Virus record (IMG/VR): IMGVR_UViG_3300043446_005562
Span: 1-64,000 of that record
Length of the DNA stretch: 64,000 nt
Strand: one strand, 5' to 3'
Numbering within the stretch: position 1 is the stretch's first letter; the number at the start of each line of letters is the position of its first letter. Of the stretch, positions 35,524 to 45,574 are shown one piece after another. The position numbers and the translations under genes were made by a program. The notes beneath the pieces were generated by a model. It ran no database searches, had not been told where the DNA came from, and worked only from the letters and a program-made list of their open reading frames with translations.

Positions 35524-35610
35524 CGTCCATAGGATTTTGTTTTTTCATGAGTCTTAATCTAATTTAAGAGTCAAGGAAATTTTTGAAACTTCAAGATTTA
35601 TTTATTAGGC

Positions 35611-35877
35611 CTACCACTTCGCTTCTTGACCAATATCCGGTAATGCGCAATGAAATGCCTGCAGTCTAGTTTTAGCCTCTAGAAAACAGCCACAAATTTT
35701 ACACTGAATAAATGTTGGATTGAAGTGCTCACACTCCCTACACAGGTTCATGCGACGAGTCTTTTCAATATCGGACACAAACACCTTGTTCATGATCCTT
35801 GATAGAACGGTGGGTCGAGTCTGTTGTTGATTTGAACCGCAGCCGCAATCTTCAGTAGTCTGAGTGGTTTCTGACAT
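35611..35877 (-). CDS. Cys-rich DUF6171-like protein
   Basis: RMNLCRECEHF...CKICGCFLEAKTRL...CALP. Confidence 0.75.
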   Translation of the reverse strand: MSETTQTTEDCGCGSNQQQTRPTVLSRIMNKVFVSDIEKTRRMNLCRECEHFNPTFIQCKICGCFLEAKTRLQAFHCALPDIGQEAKW

Positions 35878-35878
35878 T

Positions 35879-36853
35879 TTAAACTAGAGTATTTTCAAAA
35901 GCTCTTTTATCATCAAATTCCAGGTAGTTTTCAAGTAGACTATTGGAATTTTGACGATACTTAAGTACAGCTAGATCCTTGGCCTTTGCCTCGACCTCGA
36001 TGTCAAAAGTGAGTCCATAAGTATTTATTTGCTCATAGACATAATCGGCATGGGACCTAGCAATAACACTTGGATCCTCGAAAGTTTTTCGACAGCTTGA
36101 GTAATGAGTGAGAGGAGTTCGACCGTGCCAAGTGGTTGAGGCAAGGCGCAGAGCAGCCTCCTCGGTAAGATCGCCGGTATTGAAGCGATGATGATGAAAG
36201 TCAAAGGTAATGGGTGTACCGATTTTAAGATAGACCATTGAATAGAGATCGGCCACCGAGTACTGGGCAGCCTTGTCATCGTTTTCGACAACTAGCCTGG
36301 CACGTGTACTGTGCTTAAGCAGATTGAAATTTTCGCAGAACCTGGCCGCAGCAGCTTCCTTGTCGCCATAGGATCCACCTAGATGAATATTGATTGGAAA
36401 TTGATAGTCAATCGGCAAGCCCATTAGGGTCATGATTTCTGCATGCTGATCAAGATCCTTGACTGTTTTGCGAACAACCGCTGGATTTGGAGAACACAAA
36501 ACATCGAACTGGCCCGGGTGCATTGAGATACGCATGTTGTGTTTTAGCACAAACTCGCCAATCGCCTGCATGTCCTGTAAAATAAAGTCAAAGTTGGGCA
36601 GCTCGGTGATTTCGTATTCGGACATCCACGGAAAAATATCGCTGGACATGCGATACACCATAATGTTGTTTGCAAGATTCCACTCAAGTATCTTGAGAAT
36701 GTCACGTACGTTTTGATGGGCAAGCTCGCCGCAGTAGGCTGGGCCCTTTTCTTGAAAGGTACGCTTGATCATACCACGATTGGCAGTGATGCGTTGGTCG
36801 GCTAGAGACAGATTAATACAGCAATAGCCAAGTCTGACGTTAGAATTTTGCAT
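35879..36853 (-). CDS. uvsE: UV-damage endonuclease (UvsE/UvdE)
   Basis: RLGYCCIN, RMSSDIFP, SMHPGQF, LVVENDD, FDFHHH, HAD, EAKAKD; start at ATG 36853. Confidence 0.95.
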   Translation of the reverse strand: MQNSNVRLGYCCINLSLADQRITANRGMIKRTFQEKGPAYCGELAHQNVRDILKILEWNLANNIMVYRMSSDIFPWMSEYEITELPNFDFILQDMQAIGEFVLKHNMRISMHPGQFDVLCSPNPAVVRKTVKDLDQHAEIMTLMGLPIDYQFPINIHLGGSYGDKEAAAARFCENFNLLKHSTRARLVVENDDKAAQYSVADLYSMVYLKIGTPITFDFHHHRFNTGDLTEEAALRLASTTWHGRTPLTHYSSCRKTFEDPSVIARSHADYVYEQINTYGLTFDIEVEAKAKDLAVLKYRQNSNSLLENYLEFDDKRAFENTLV

Positions 36854-36866
36854 AGGTTTAATATAC

Positions 36867-36891
36867 AAAAAAGAGGACGCTAAGGTCCTCT
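36867..36891 (-). terminator. intrinsic terminator
   Basis: AGAGGAC/GTCCTCT stem plus T-run on minus strand. Confidence 0.65.
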
Positions 36892-36896
36892 CTAGC

Positions 36897-37109
36897 TTAT
36901 TTTATTATCCAGTGCCAGAATTTCTTGTGCAGAGCTGGAATAGCTGTGCCCATTAAAGGAACCAAAATCATGGTAAAAACCAGAGTTCTGAGTAATGGAT
37001 GAAAGTTCTGAATCAATGGAAATAGCGTTATGAACATGATGTTTATGACAGGATATACGAATAGCCAGCTAATCAACATCATTTTCCAAATTTTTGGACG
37101 TTTTTGCAT
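36897..37109 (-). CDS. two-helix membrane protein (70 aa)
   Basis: PKIWKMMLISWLFVYP...LRTLVFTMILVPLM. Confidence 0.7.
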   Translation of the reverse strand: MQKRPKIWKMMLISWLFVYPVINIMFITLFPLIQNFHPLLRTLVFTMILVPLMGTAIPALHKKFWHWIIK

Positions 37110-37111
37110 TG

Positions 37112-37741
37112 TCAAAAGGTTATTTTTGTGTAATCAACGGTTACTGATCTCATTACTCTAATCACGTCAATTGCGTCCTGTAGAGCATCGTGAGTTACCT
37201 CACCTTCGACTCCAGCGCGTTTCATGCACTCGGCTAAATTAGGCAAGCCCTTATCGTTGGCCCAATCCATACACAGAATTGCTGGATCAATCATGCGCTG
37301 TCTGATTTGAATAGACGACGACCAGCCGGTTAGCTTCTGTAAGAACAGCTTGTCAAAGGTTGCAAAGTTTTTACCAGCAACGGTGATTCTAACTTGGCCA
37401 GTTTTTGACTCTGGGTCTCCCAAGCCGTGGGCCTGTAACCACATGCCCAAAGACTTTGCGACAAGACCCTCGGGCAAAATATTGTACTTTTTGCGAAGCT
37501 CAGCGCGTTCTTCTTTATTGGCGCGCTCCAACTCGCCAAGCTGAGCAAGAATATCCTTGTTCATGACTAGCGCAAATGGACTGCCTGTGTACTGTGGGTG
37601 TTCAACAAGGCATTTGAATCTAGGCAGATCATTAATCGGCACAAGATTTTCAGTATCCTCAATGACTGCCCCAATCTGAATGGTTTGGCAGGTTTCCGGA
37701 TCTAGCCCAGTTGTTTCAATGTCTATTGATACGTATTTCAT
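37112..37741 (-). CDS. DEDDh 3'-5' exonuclease
   Basis: IDIETTGLD, GKNFATFD, MID, HDALQDA. Confidence 0.92.
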   Translation of the reverse strand: MKYVSIDIETTGLDPETCQTIQIGAVIEDTENLVPINDLPRFKCLVEHPQYTGSPFALVMNKDILAQLGELERANKEERAELRKKYNILPEGLVAKSLGMWLQAHGLGDPESKTGQVRITVAGKNFATFDKLFLQKLTGWSSSIQIRQRMIDPAILCMDWANDKGLPNLAECMKRAGVEGEVTHDALQDAIDVIRVMRSVTVDYTKITF

Positions 37742-37754
37742 ACTTAATATTATA

Positions 37755-39179
37755 CTAATGTTTTACAGTAATGGTCTCAATCTGCAAATCGCCGAGGTGT
37801 TGACCGTTGTGCTTGTAGACAAAGACTTCGTACTTTTCGCTGGCCGGCACTGTGTATTCAAATGTGAATAGAGGTCGACCGTTCTTTAGTGGACGACAGC
37901 ACCCCTTTTCGCAAGATTCGCCCTGGACCTTGTGATCGCTACCAAAGAAAGTCATGTAGCCAGCAAAGCCCTCTGACGTAAGCATTGGCCAATCCTTGTC
38001 GGCATTGACATAGACCTCATAAACTCCTCTTGGTACCTTTGTGAATGATACAGTAATTTCAATTATTGCCTTATTGACAGTCGGCGCTGACTTGGCAGGC
38101 CTAATCGTTACGGCATCAGTTATTTGATCGTTTACTCGTATTGGGCGAGTTGACTGTCCAACCACTTGAGCTTTATGAAATTTTGCAAGCTGATGATTCT
38201 CACAAGGTCTGACCTCAGTGTCGTCGTAATCATAGTCCATTTCATACAGAATATCAATGATCTGTTCTGGCGTGTACTCAACTTTAGCGCCGTTTTCATC
38301 AAAGAAAACATAGGGCCACGGTGCAGATTTCAACTCTTCAAGAGTAACCTGCTGTCCATTTCTGGAATTGGTCCATTGCTGCCAGATTCTGTCAATATTG
38401 GAATGGTGCATCCAAAAGATGGGGTCAAAACCGGCGGTCGGCACCCAACCCATCAGTCCAGTGTTTGTGACTGTGCCGGTAATTGGATTATTAAAATGTA
38501 AATTACCCGTTACGTCGTTGCCCGCTCCTATGTAGTCGTGCATTGCACCGTGAGGAGCCGCATTGATTTGCAGATTGAATGATCGATAATCCGTGCACTC
38601 AAATAGTTTACCAAGGTATAGCGCTCTCTCAATTTCGCCAGAGATTGGATAGCCTCGATTCAAAGAGTCGAACCGACAGGCCTCATACAGGCTTGAATGA
38701 GGATCTCTAAAAGTTGCCTCTAGTCGTTTATGATCTTTCAGCCCACCCGTATAACCCCAATATGGTAACGCAAAATCTTTGTAACCGGAAAGGGTTCTGA
38801 CAATTTTTTCAAAATGATGAATGTAGAGTCGGTGCCAAACTAGAAAATGAATCTTCTCCTGTCCGCCTGGCGTGTGAGTGCAATTGTCCCAAGCCTCCTT
38901 TAAATCAGCTGGAGTTTGATAGGCATCGCATAGCGGATTGGGTTGAATTGTGTCCGGTATCCAATGAATCGCGCCCTGATAGTACCAACTTACGGGATCA
39001 ATGCAATTTTTGTTACGCATTATTCGTAATGCTTTTTCCATTGCCTGAATGTGGGGCACCGCCTCTGGCGAGTGCATTTCGTGTCGAACGTATCTCTTGT
39101 TATTAGAGGTCGGCCATTGACACGAGTGTAGGGCTGCAATTAGTACAACAATCCCAAATTTAATTAACGAATTTTTCAT
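37755..39179 (-). CDS. tyrosinase / polyphenol oxidase (type-3 copper), predicted lipoprotein
   Basis: CuA NCTH...HFLVWHRLY; CuB PHGAMHDYIG...FDPIFWMHHSNIDRIW; signal MKNSLIKFGIVVLIAALHS-C; start at ATG 39179. Confidence 0.9.
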   Translation of the reverse strand: MKNSLIKFGIVVLIAALHSCQWPTSNNKRYVRHEMHSPEAVPHIQAMEKALRIMRNKNCIDPVSWYYQGAIHWIPDTIQPNPLCDAYQTPADLKEAWDNCTHTPGGQEKIHFLVWHRLYIHHFEKIVRTLSGYKDFALPYWGYTGGLKDHKRLEATFRDPHSSLYEACRFDSLNRGYPISGEIERALYLGKLFECTDYRSFNLQINAAPHGAMHDYIGAGNDVTGNLHFNNPITGTVTNTGLMGWVPTAGFDPIFWMHHSNIDRIWQQWTNSRNGQQVTLEELKSAPWPYVFFDENGAKVEYTPEQIIDILYEMDYDYDDTEVRPCENHQLAKFHKAQVVGQSTRPIRVNDQITDAVTIRPAKSAPTVNKAIIEITVSFTKVPRGVYEVYVNADKDWPMLTSEGFAGYMTFFGSDHKVQGESCEKGCCRPLKNGRPLFTFEYTVPASEKYEVFVYKHNGQHLGDLQIETITVKH

Positions 39180-39192
39180 ACTGTGATATTTT

Positions 39193-39606
39193 TTAAAAAG
39201 GTAGATCATCATTGCTCCAGTCGAAATTGGTCTCGGCTTGAGGTTTTGTTTTTGTGTCAAGATCACCGAATGCGTCATCGTCAAAGTCGCCAGCATCAGC
39301 CGTTACGTTGATGTTTGAGTTCTTTTTCTGACCGCTGATTCGCCAAGCTTCAAGCGTCGTGAAGTACTTTACCGAACCTAATTTGTCGGTCCAGTCACGG
39401 CCCTTTATGTCAAATGAAACGGTTACGGTGTCGCCAACTGAGTAAGATTCCAACATATCACATTTTTCTTGCACAAGTTGGAATAGAATTTTTTGTGGGT
39501 ACTTATCTCCCACCTCAATTACGAATTCACGTTTACGGAATCCCTTATTGAAAGTTTGCGATGGAAAAATCTCAATGATGATTCCGGTTAAATCAAATTT
39601 GCTCAT
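39193..39606 (-). CDS. DUF3127 OB-fold protein (SSB-like, Bacteroidota-type)
   Basis: GFRKREFVIE..KYPQ.I.FQL, VSFDIKGRDW, YFTTLEAWRI, C-terminal DDLPF. Confidence 0.88.
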   Translation of the reverse strand: MSKFDLTGIIIEIFPSQTFNKGFRKREFVIEVGDKYPQKILFQLVQEKCDMLESYSVGDTVTVSFDIKGRDWTDKLGSVKYFTTLEAWRISGQKKNSNINVTADAGDFDDDAFGDLDTKTKPQAETNFDWSNDDLPF

Positions 39607-39607
39607 G

Positions 39608-40090
39608 TTAAAAGTCTGGATTTGTTATTTTTATGTCGTAGTTTTGAAAGTTTGCGAAATCAAGTTCGTCTGCCTCTATGCGACGCTCGACCGAGTCACC
39701 TGGCATGTTACGGTCCAGCATACGCTGGCGTCGAATGGACTGATCAATATCCAAGAACATCACGAAACTTGAACGGCGATCCTCTTCCGAAAGATGGCTC
39801 AAGCCCTTTGGGGTCATGATGAAAACGTCGTCGTTATAGAACTGCTTAACTGTGGTTCCATAAATCCAGCCGTTGAAGTTGACCCATTCATAAAAATCTC
39901 CACTGTCTATCATGTCCTGAGCAGAGGCCGGCGTAATAAAAATGTAGTCGTGCCCGTCAACCTCACCCGGTCTTGGCGGTCTGGTTGTATAGCTTACGGC
40001 GTACTTGTAACCCCTTTTTTCTAGGGTTTTGCGCATGTGATCCTTGCCGCTTGCGCCTCGGCCAACTAAGATGATTCTGCTCTTTTTCAT
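39608..40090 (-). CDS. gmk: guanylate kinase-like nucleotide kinase
   Basis: GRGASGKD P-loop, SYTTRPPRPGEVDGHDYIF, YGT. Confidence 0.88.
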   Translation of the reverse strand: MKKSRIILVGRGASGKDHMRKTLEKRGYKYAVSYTTRPPRPGEVDGHDYIFITPASAQDMIDSGDFYEWVNFNGWIYGTTVKQFYNDDVFIMTPKGLSHLSEEDRRSSFVMFLDIDQSIRRQRMLDRNMPGDSVERRIEADELDFANFQNYDIKITNPDF

Positions 40091-41383
40091 TTAAAATTCG
40101 CGATGTGTTTCATATACTGTTTTTATAACTGGAAATCTGAGTGAATGATTTCCGTGTTGATCTGTTGTCTCTTCAAAGAATTGCACGGTAATTGTTTTAC
40201 CTAGAATATCATTTGGGTTTTGAAAATAGTGTCGACGCTGTTCAAGCGAAAAGCCTGAACCCACTCTAACCTGATTGCCCCTGTGCTGCACAAAAACGGC
40301 CTTTAGCATTTCCTCCTCCTCTTCGCGCTCGTTTACGATAACCCTGTGAGTTCCCATCTCCAAGCCAGTCACCTCATACTCGGCATCGTGCATTTTTTTG
40401 ACCTTGAGTAGATTCTTTGAGCGCTTGCCCTCATAACCCACATCCTTACGAATCATGATGCCTTCATAGCCCATTTCGGTTGCATCAGCCGCGACCTTTT
40501 CAAAATGCTCGCGATCGACTAATTTGAACTGTGGCAACGGCTCAGCAAACTGTAGGCCAGATTCAATTAAGAAACCGTTTAGCATTATCAGTCTAGCCGA
40601 AAGAGTTATCTCACTTGAGCCAGCGGTAAATTCGTCAAGCTCTAATAGATCAAACACATAGTACTTTGGGGTTTCGATTGTGTGATCCTTTTTGCCGATC
40701 TCCTTGATTATTCCCTGGAAATCTTCAAGGCCGGACTCTCGCATGATACAAACCTCGCCGTCTAAAACCTTGGATCGAAGCCCTAATTTCATGAGATCCT
40801 GACGTAAGTTATCTAGGGTTAAGAATTCCTTGCCCTGTCTAGAAAAGAACTTGATCTGACCTGCCTCATCAATTACTGTGATGCAGCGAACTCCATCCAG
40901 CTTGCGGCTTGCCCACCACATACCCGAATCAAAGTCCACCTTCTTCTCGGCAGATTCAAACTTTTCAGCTAGGGCAACTTCAAATGTTGGTACCGTGCCC
41001 GGCAGAACTGAATTGATTAGTGTAGAAGTTGCTCTAGTTTTTATGTTGCGATCTATCACATCATAGATGATGTCTGCAAATTCCTGATATTTTAAGATAA
41101 AACCATTAACTGCCTGTATTGCAGTGTGGCCAGTCACACGACGTTCATTCAGATCATCGAGCATTTCAAACAGATCTAAATAATTATCAGAAATTAGATC
41201 GGATCTCTTTTTAAGATTGGCTGAAGTAACGTGGTACTGCTTAAACGGCGTGTACGTGTACTTAAATATTTTTCGTAGAAACGGAGAATCGTATTTTAAT
41301 AAAATCTCTTTTTTGGCATTCGTCGAAGACGTTGCCTTCATCTCTTCAATGAATTCTCTAAGTTTAATAAAATCAGTTTGCAT
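40091..41383 (-). CDS. ATP-dependent DNA ligase
   Basis: SRKLDGVRC, LDGEV, VFD, EGIMIR, LLKVK, RFP. Confidence 0.95.
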   Translation of the reverse strand: MQTDFIKLREFIEEMKATSSTNAKKEILLKYDSPFLRKIFKYTYTPFKQYHVTSANLKKRSDLISDNYLDLFEMLDDLNERRVTGHTAIQAVNGFILKYQEFADIIYDVIDRNIKTRATSTLINSVLPGTVPTFEVALAEKFESAEKKVDFDSGMWWASRKLDGVRCITVIDEAGQIKFFSRQGKEFLTLDNLRQDLMKLGLRSKVLDGEVCIMRESGLEDFQGIIKEIGKKDHTIETPKYYVFDLLELDEFTAGSSEITLSARLIMLNGFLIESGLQFAEPLPQFKLVDREHFEKVAADATEMGYEGIMIRKDVGYEGKRSKNLLKVKKMHDAEYEVTGLEMGTHRVIVNEREEEEEMLKAVFVQHRGNQVRVGSGFSLEQRRHYFQNPNDILGKTITVQFFEETTDQHGNHSLRFPVIKTVYETHREF

Positions 41384-41406
41384 AGAATTATTATACTATC
41401 TAAAAT

Positions 41407-41436
41407 AAAAAAAGTCGACACAGGGCCGACTTTTTT
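41407..41436 (-). terminator. intrinsic terminator
   Basis: AAAAGTCG/CGACTTTT stem. Confidence 0.7.
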
Positions 41437-41455
41437 ATAAAAAATATGGTATTAA

Positions 41456-43162
41456 TTATCTAGCTTTCAAGAAATCCGCAAACGATGTGATTACGGCCTG
41501 TTCCTTAACCGGTTGAGCTTCTGCTGCTGGAACTGCGCCCTTTTCCAAATTATTCTTTATTGTTTGAACGCTGTTCGCTAATGGACCAACTCCACCAATA
41601 CCTCCAAGATAACCGTCAACCAACACTGCAAGATCACCGCTTAATTCGGAACTAACACAATAATCATATAGCGTACCTTCCTCGCCGTAATTTTTATTCC
41701 AGATAGCATTTAGCTTTTGCCAAACGTCTGGGGTTAAACTAAGCATTGCAAATGCAATCTTAAGTTCTCCGTCCCCGCCGGTATAGCCTTTAGCCTCTTT
41801 GTGCAATTCATCACACATTTCAGTTAATTTTTTATCGTCCATTTGACCAGAAGCACCCGCTGATAACGGTTCTCCACCTTTCATTGCTGCAACTGCGTCT
41901 GGGATTGCGTCGACCGCTAAACTAGCACCGCCGACAATTAGAGCAGCAGTTTTTGGATCAAGCTGAGATAAACCTTGTTTAACTGCTTGTGGCGCAACTC
42001 TTGCAACCTCTTTTAGGGATTGAAAGAATGTTGATGAATCTTTTGCCATTTCAGCTGCCATACGTTCTCCGTTTAGGCTCATTGCGCCGCCTTTTGTTGC
42101 AGTCAAGAATCTTTCAATTGATGAGAAATTTTTGACGCCCTTTAGTACATTAACCTCTTCTGCGCTTAATGAAATTGCAGTTCCTAGGTTTTTTAATTTA
42201 CTAGCGGATTGGATTACTTCACCGGTTTTTGCTGCCTGATAGGTAAGTTTAGCTGCAGTTAATGCCTCTTCGCCGGCTGTAACCGCAGTATTTAGATTTC
42301 TAACTTCCGCTCCAGCTCTGCCTAATGTTGCGATATTTTTAAAGGCTGATCCGACCCTAGCTGTTGAAGCGACCGCTGTTGGCGCTGCTCCGCCTGCAGT
42401 AAATGCAGTCAATGCATAAGTACCAGCCATGATTGTTAGGTCAACTAATAAACTCTGCATTGCATCAACCCCTAGCGCGGTTGAAATATCGCTTTGTGTT
42501 AATTCAGCTCCAAACAGGCCTCGTGCAAATACGTCAGGCGAACCTGTGAATTCTCCGTCCACCATATTGAGTAAAGAGGTTCCGAATCTCTCTTGGTATC
42601 TAGCTCCAATCGCCAACAGTACCTCTTTTGCTGGGGCTTTTTTGTCGTAACAATACGCGTATATTGCACCAGCAACAGATGCCATTTTTTCTTCGTCTGT
42701 TCCAAAATCAATTCCCAAGAAAGTTTTATCGGCTGATTTGTTAAGTTGCGTTGTGATGTAGTCTAGATCTAATCCTTCAATTAATTTAGCAGTTGAGTCA
42801 AAATCGATCCAGATTCCAATTTTACTATCTGGAGTATTGGTCTTATTGATGACTACCTTGTAATCAGTCTCTCCAATTTTTACTGAAAATTTAGCTTGAG
42901 TTTTTGAAGCATCCCCCGCTAGAATGTTAGCCTGAGAATCAATTGCATCAAATGCCTCCTTTGGAGTTTTACTAATAATGACGTTTTTTAAGGCCTTAAC
43001 CTCTTCTGAGTCGGTCGGCAAAATCGAAATTGTTGAACCCTCAGGTTTTGCGCCGACGCTCGTTGATGCAGGTTTTGCTGCATCCTTTTCGATTAATGAA
43101 TAGTAGCCCAAAGATTTATTTTCATTAAGTAGAGCGTAATTCGTTATATTGATATTTCTCAT
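41456..43162 (-). CDS. large putative virion protein with two annexin-like repeats and a hydrophobic central segment
   Basis: FGTDEEKM...YQERFGTSLLNMVDGEF; LHKEAKGYTGGDGE...YGEEGTLYDYCVSSELSGDL. Confidence 0.65.
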   Translation of the reverse strand: MRNINITNYALLNENKSLGYYSLIEKDAAKPASTSVGAKPEGSTISILPTDSEEVKALKNVIISKTPKEAFDAIDSQANILAGDASKTQAKFSVKIGETDYKVVINKTNTPDSKIGIWIDFDSTAKLIEGLDLDYITTQLNKSADKTFLGIDFGTDEEKMASVAGAIYAYCYDKKAPAKEVLLAIGARYQERFGTSLLNMVDGEFTGSPDVFARGLFGAELTQSDISTALGVDAMQSLLVDLTIMAGTYALTAFTAGGAAPTAVASTARVGSAFKNIATLGRAGAEVRNLNTAVTAGEEALTAAKLTYQAAKTGEVIQSASKLKNLGTAISLSAEEVNVLKGVKNFSSIERFLTATKGGAMSLNGERMAAEMAKDSSTFFQSLKEVARVAPQAVKQGLSQLDPKTAALIVGGASLAVDAIPDAVAAMKGGEPLSAGASGQMDDKKLTEMCDELHKEAKGYTGGDGELKIAFAMLSLTPDVWQKLNAIWNKNYGEEGTLYDYCVSSELSGDLAVLVDGYLGGIGGVGPLANSVQTIKNNLEKGAVPAAEAQPVKEQAVITSFADFLKAR

Positions 43163-43190
43163 TATTTTATTGAGATTTTTTTAAGTGTTT

Positions 43191-44342
43191 TTATTTTCCA
43201 GTAGTAACAGTTCCGCCAGTCGGTGCGGCTAAAGGAGCAGCTGTTGTTGTATTAGTCGTCTCACCAGGTGCAGATTGAGTCACGGTAGCAGAGGTTGCTC
43301 CTTCTGGCTTGTTAATGTAGATGAAGCCGCCTTGACCGGAAGTTCCGCCTGTTCCGCCTGTTCCACCGGTACCGCTTGTGCCTGAACTACCGGACGTACC
43401 TTTGCCTGAAAGATCCCAAAGCTGTTTTAGTCGATCTAGGGTAATTCCTACTTTTTTACAGAATTTTGCAAGATAGGTAGTATCTGCTTCAGTCACAGCA
43501 TTGTGTTCTGCATCCTTACCGTCAAAGAACATTCCAAAGGCAACCGCTGTATTTGCACCGAAATCGCCGTCTGCTGCTCCAAGCTTATCCTGAACCTTTT
43601 TTGCAGGATCACCGTATCTGTCAACGAATACTTTTTCTTTAAGAATTAACTGTGCAAATTTTACCTCTCTGGCCTTGGTGCCTCTATTGACCTTGGTACC
43701 ACTAACTGTACCATTGGTCATGGAAAGAAGTTTTTCCTGTAGAAATTGAAGTATTGCATCCGGGCTGTCCAACTTGACATCATTCCAATCCCATGGATAG
43801 GTACCGCTGGTACCACTTTGACCACCTGAGCCTGAATTGTCCTGAACTTTAACCTCCTCACTCTTGTCCTTTACTGGCTGTGTGCCCATTTTTTGAGCGT
43901 CCTTTACGTCATAAAGTTTAAGCTTGCCGTCTTTGCTTGTTAATATCGGTTGGGCTTTAGTCGTATCAAAGTCCTTTGCATTCCTAACTGATAAAATTCC
44001 CTTGAATATGTGTTGCCCGGTTAATTTTCTTTCGCGGTCTTTTGTTACCGCAATGAATACGATATTTTGACCGACAGCGTTCATTACTGTGCTACTTGCC
44101 GCAAGCTGATTGGCTGCTTCTTGCTTGGCTAGATTTTCGTCTTCGGTTTCCATTTTCATTACAAAATGAAATGCTGCGATTTCTCCAGAGTTAGTGTCAG
44201 GCTTATCGGTATCAACTTTAAATTTTTGGTCTGGTGTTAGAAATGAGAACAGAGCCTCATTTATTGGCATTGTGCCCTTTTCTCCAGTAGTTTTTCCGTA
44301 ACTTTCATTAACGAAGTCATCAAATGATTTGAAACTTTTCAT
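43191..44342 (-). CDS. putative virion protein with GTSG linkers and PG-binding-like segment
   Basis: MKSFKSFDDFVNE leader; VKFAQLIL...ADGDFGANT. Confidence 0.7.
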   Translation of the reverse strand: MKSFKSFDDFVNESYGKTTGEKGTMPINEALFSFLTPDQKFKVDTDKPDTNSGEIAAFHFVMKMETEDENLAKQEAANQLAASSTVMNAVGQNIVFIAVTKDRERKLTGQHIFKGILSVRNAKDFDTTKAQPILTSKDGKLKLYDVKDAQKMGTQPVKDKSEEVKVQDNSGSGGQSGTSGTYPWDWNDVKLDSPDAILQFLQEKLLSMTNGTVSGTKVNRGTKAREVKFAQLILKEKVFVDRYGDPAKKVQDKLGAADGDFGANTAVAFGMFFDGKDAEHNAVTEADTTYLAKFCKKVGITLDRLKQLWDLSGKGTSGSSGTSGTGGTGGTGGTSGQGGFIYINKPEGATSATVTQSAPGETTNTTTAAPLAAPTGGTVTTGK

Positions 44343-44449
44343 CTATATAGATTTGTTTTTTGTGTATACCTTTTCATTCGGTAAGATTATTTATTAGGGT
44401 AAAGCCATCACTTTATTATTGGGCCACTCTCTAATAAATAATAAAGTAA

Positions 44450-45574
44450 ATGAAATATCTATTTGAATTTGCTCAGTATTCGTCAACTGGTTCGACCGAG
44501 TCCTCATTTGGTGTGCTTGGTGATTTGGGCAAAGACTCAAAGTTTGGCGAGCAGACCGGCTATTTCAAGAGCCTAATGCAGGAGGCCCAGGCCAGGGGAA
44601 TGGATGCGTTTGTCTTTACCGAATTTAGCCCAACCGGCGTGACTGCCTGGCAACTAAACGGCGATGATTGGGCCGAGTCTACTCGAGCAATACCTGGAGT
44701 ATTTTACGATCGAAGTTTCCGAAAAAAGAATGGAGCTGGCAAAACCTCAAATACTCGGGCCCTGTGCTCGCTTGGCTCAACTCCAATCAATTCACCGGAT
44801 TTTAGAAAACTTGCGCTCGACAAACACCTGATGTACGAGAATCTTAAGAATCACGAAATTGACGGCATGGGCTTGCCACATACTCAAAAGTTTAGTGAGG
44901 ACTCGACCATTGGCTTTTTAGAAAAGTGGCCGACTGCCATTTTAAAACCCAGGTTTGGGTCAGGCGGTCAAGGCATCATAAAGATCGCAAAGACCGGCAC
45001 CGATTATTCTCTTAACTACAAGGATCATTCATTAAGCTGTCAGGCTCATGAATTGAAAAACAAGATCAATGAGATTCGTCAAAAGATGAATTCCGATAAG
45101 CGACTCTATATTATTCAGGAGTGCATTGACCTGCCCAAATACAATAACGGGGTTTTTGACGTTAGGGTGATTTATCAGAAAGGCAAGGGTGGCAGCCCGC
45201 TTAGAACGGGCATGGCGGTCAGGCTCGCAGCACCAAATAAAGTAACAGCAAATCTGCACCAAGGCGGCAGCAGAGAAACTCTTGGCACAGTATTGGGCGA
45301 GCTGTTCAATCAGGACATGAACGGCCAGATAGCTGAGTCGATTCGCAAATACTCAAAACAGATATTTGAAATTCTAGACGATCGAGTTGGTCCAATTGGC
45401 GAAGTCGGTATTGACTTTTTGATTGATCAAACTGGCAAGGTGCACCTTATTGAGGTTAATTCCGTGCCCGGCCGAAATCTATTTCATATTTTGCCGGACA
45501 TTCGCCAGACCGCAATAAAGAGACCTGTTGAATACGCACAACACCTACTTGAAAAACAAAAAAAGTCGCACTAG
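44450..45574 (+). CDS. ATP-grasp ligase, YheC/YheD-like
   Basis: DKHLMY, ILKPRFGSGGQGI, IIQECI, FDVRV, NLHQGG, GIDFLID, IEVNSVPG. Confidence 0.88.
   Translation: MKYLFEFAQYSSTGSTESSFGVLGDLGKDSKFGEQTGYFKSLMQEAQARGMDAFVFTEFSPTGVTAWQLNGDDWAESTRAIPGVFYDRSFRKKNGAGKTSNTRALCSLGSTPINSPDFRKLALDKHLMYENLKNHEIDGMGLPHTQKFSEDSTIGFLEKWPTAILKPRFGSGGQGIIKIAKTGTDYSLNYKDHSLSCQAHELKNKINEIRQKMNSDKRLYIIQECIDLPKYNNGVFDVRVIYQKGKGGSPLRTGMAVRLAAPNKVTANLHQGGSRETLGTVLGELFNQDMNGQIAESIRKYSKQIFEILDDRVGPIGEVGIDFLIDQTGKVHLIEVNSVPGRNLFHILPDIRQTAIKRPVEYAQHLLEKQKKSH

Noticed and set aside
37755-39296. Extended starts given by the track for tyrosinase (39296), DUF6011 protein (6538) and annexin-hydrolase (26272)
   Set aside because: The extensions overlap neighbouring genes or promoters; downstream ATGs restore the signal peptide, promoter spacing or leader motif.
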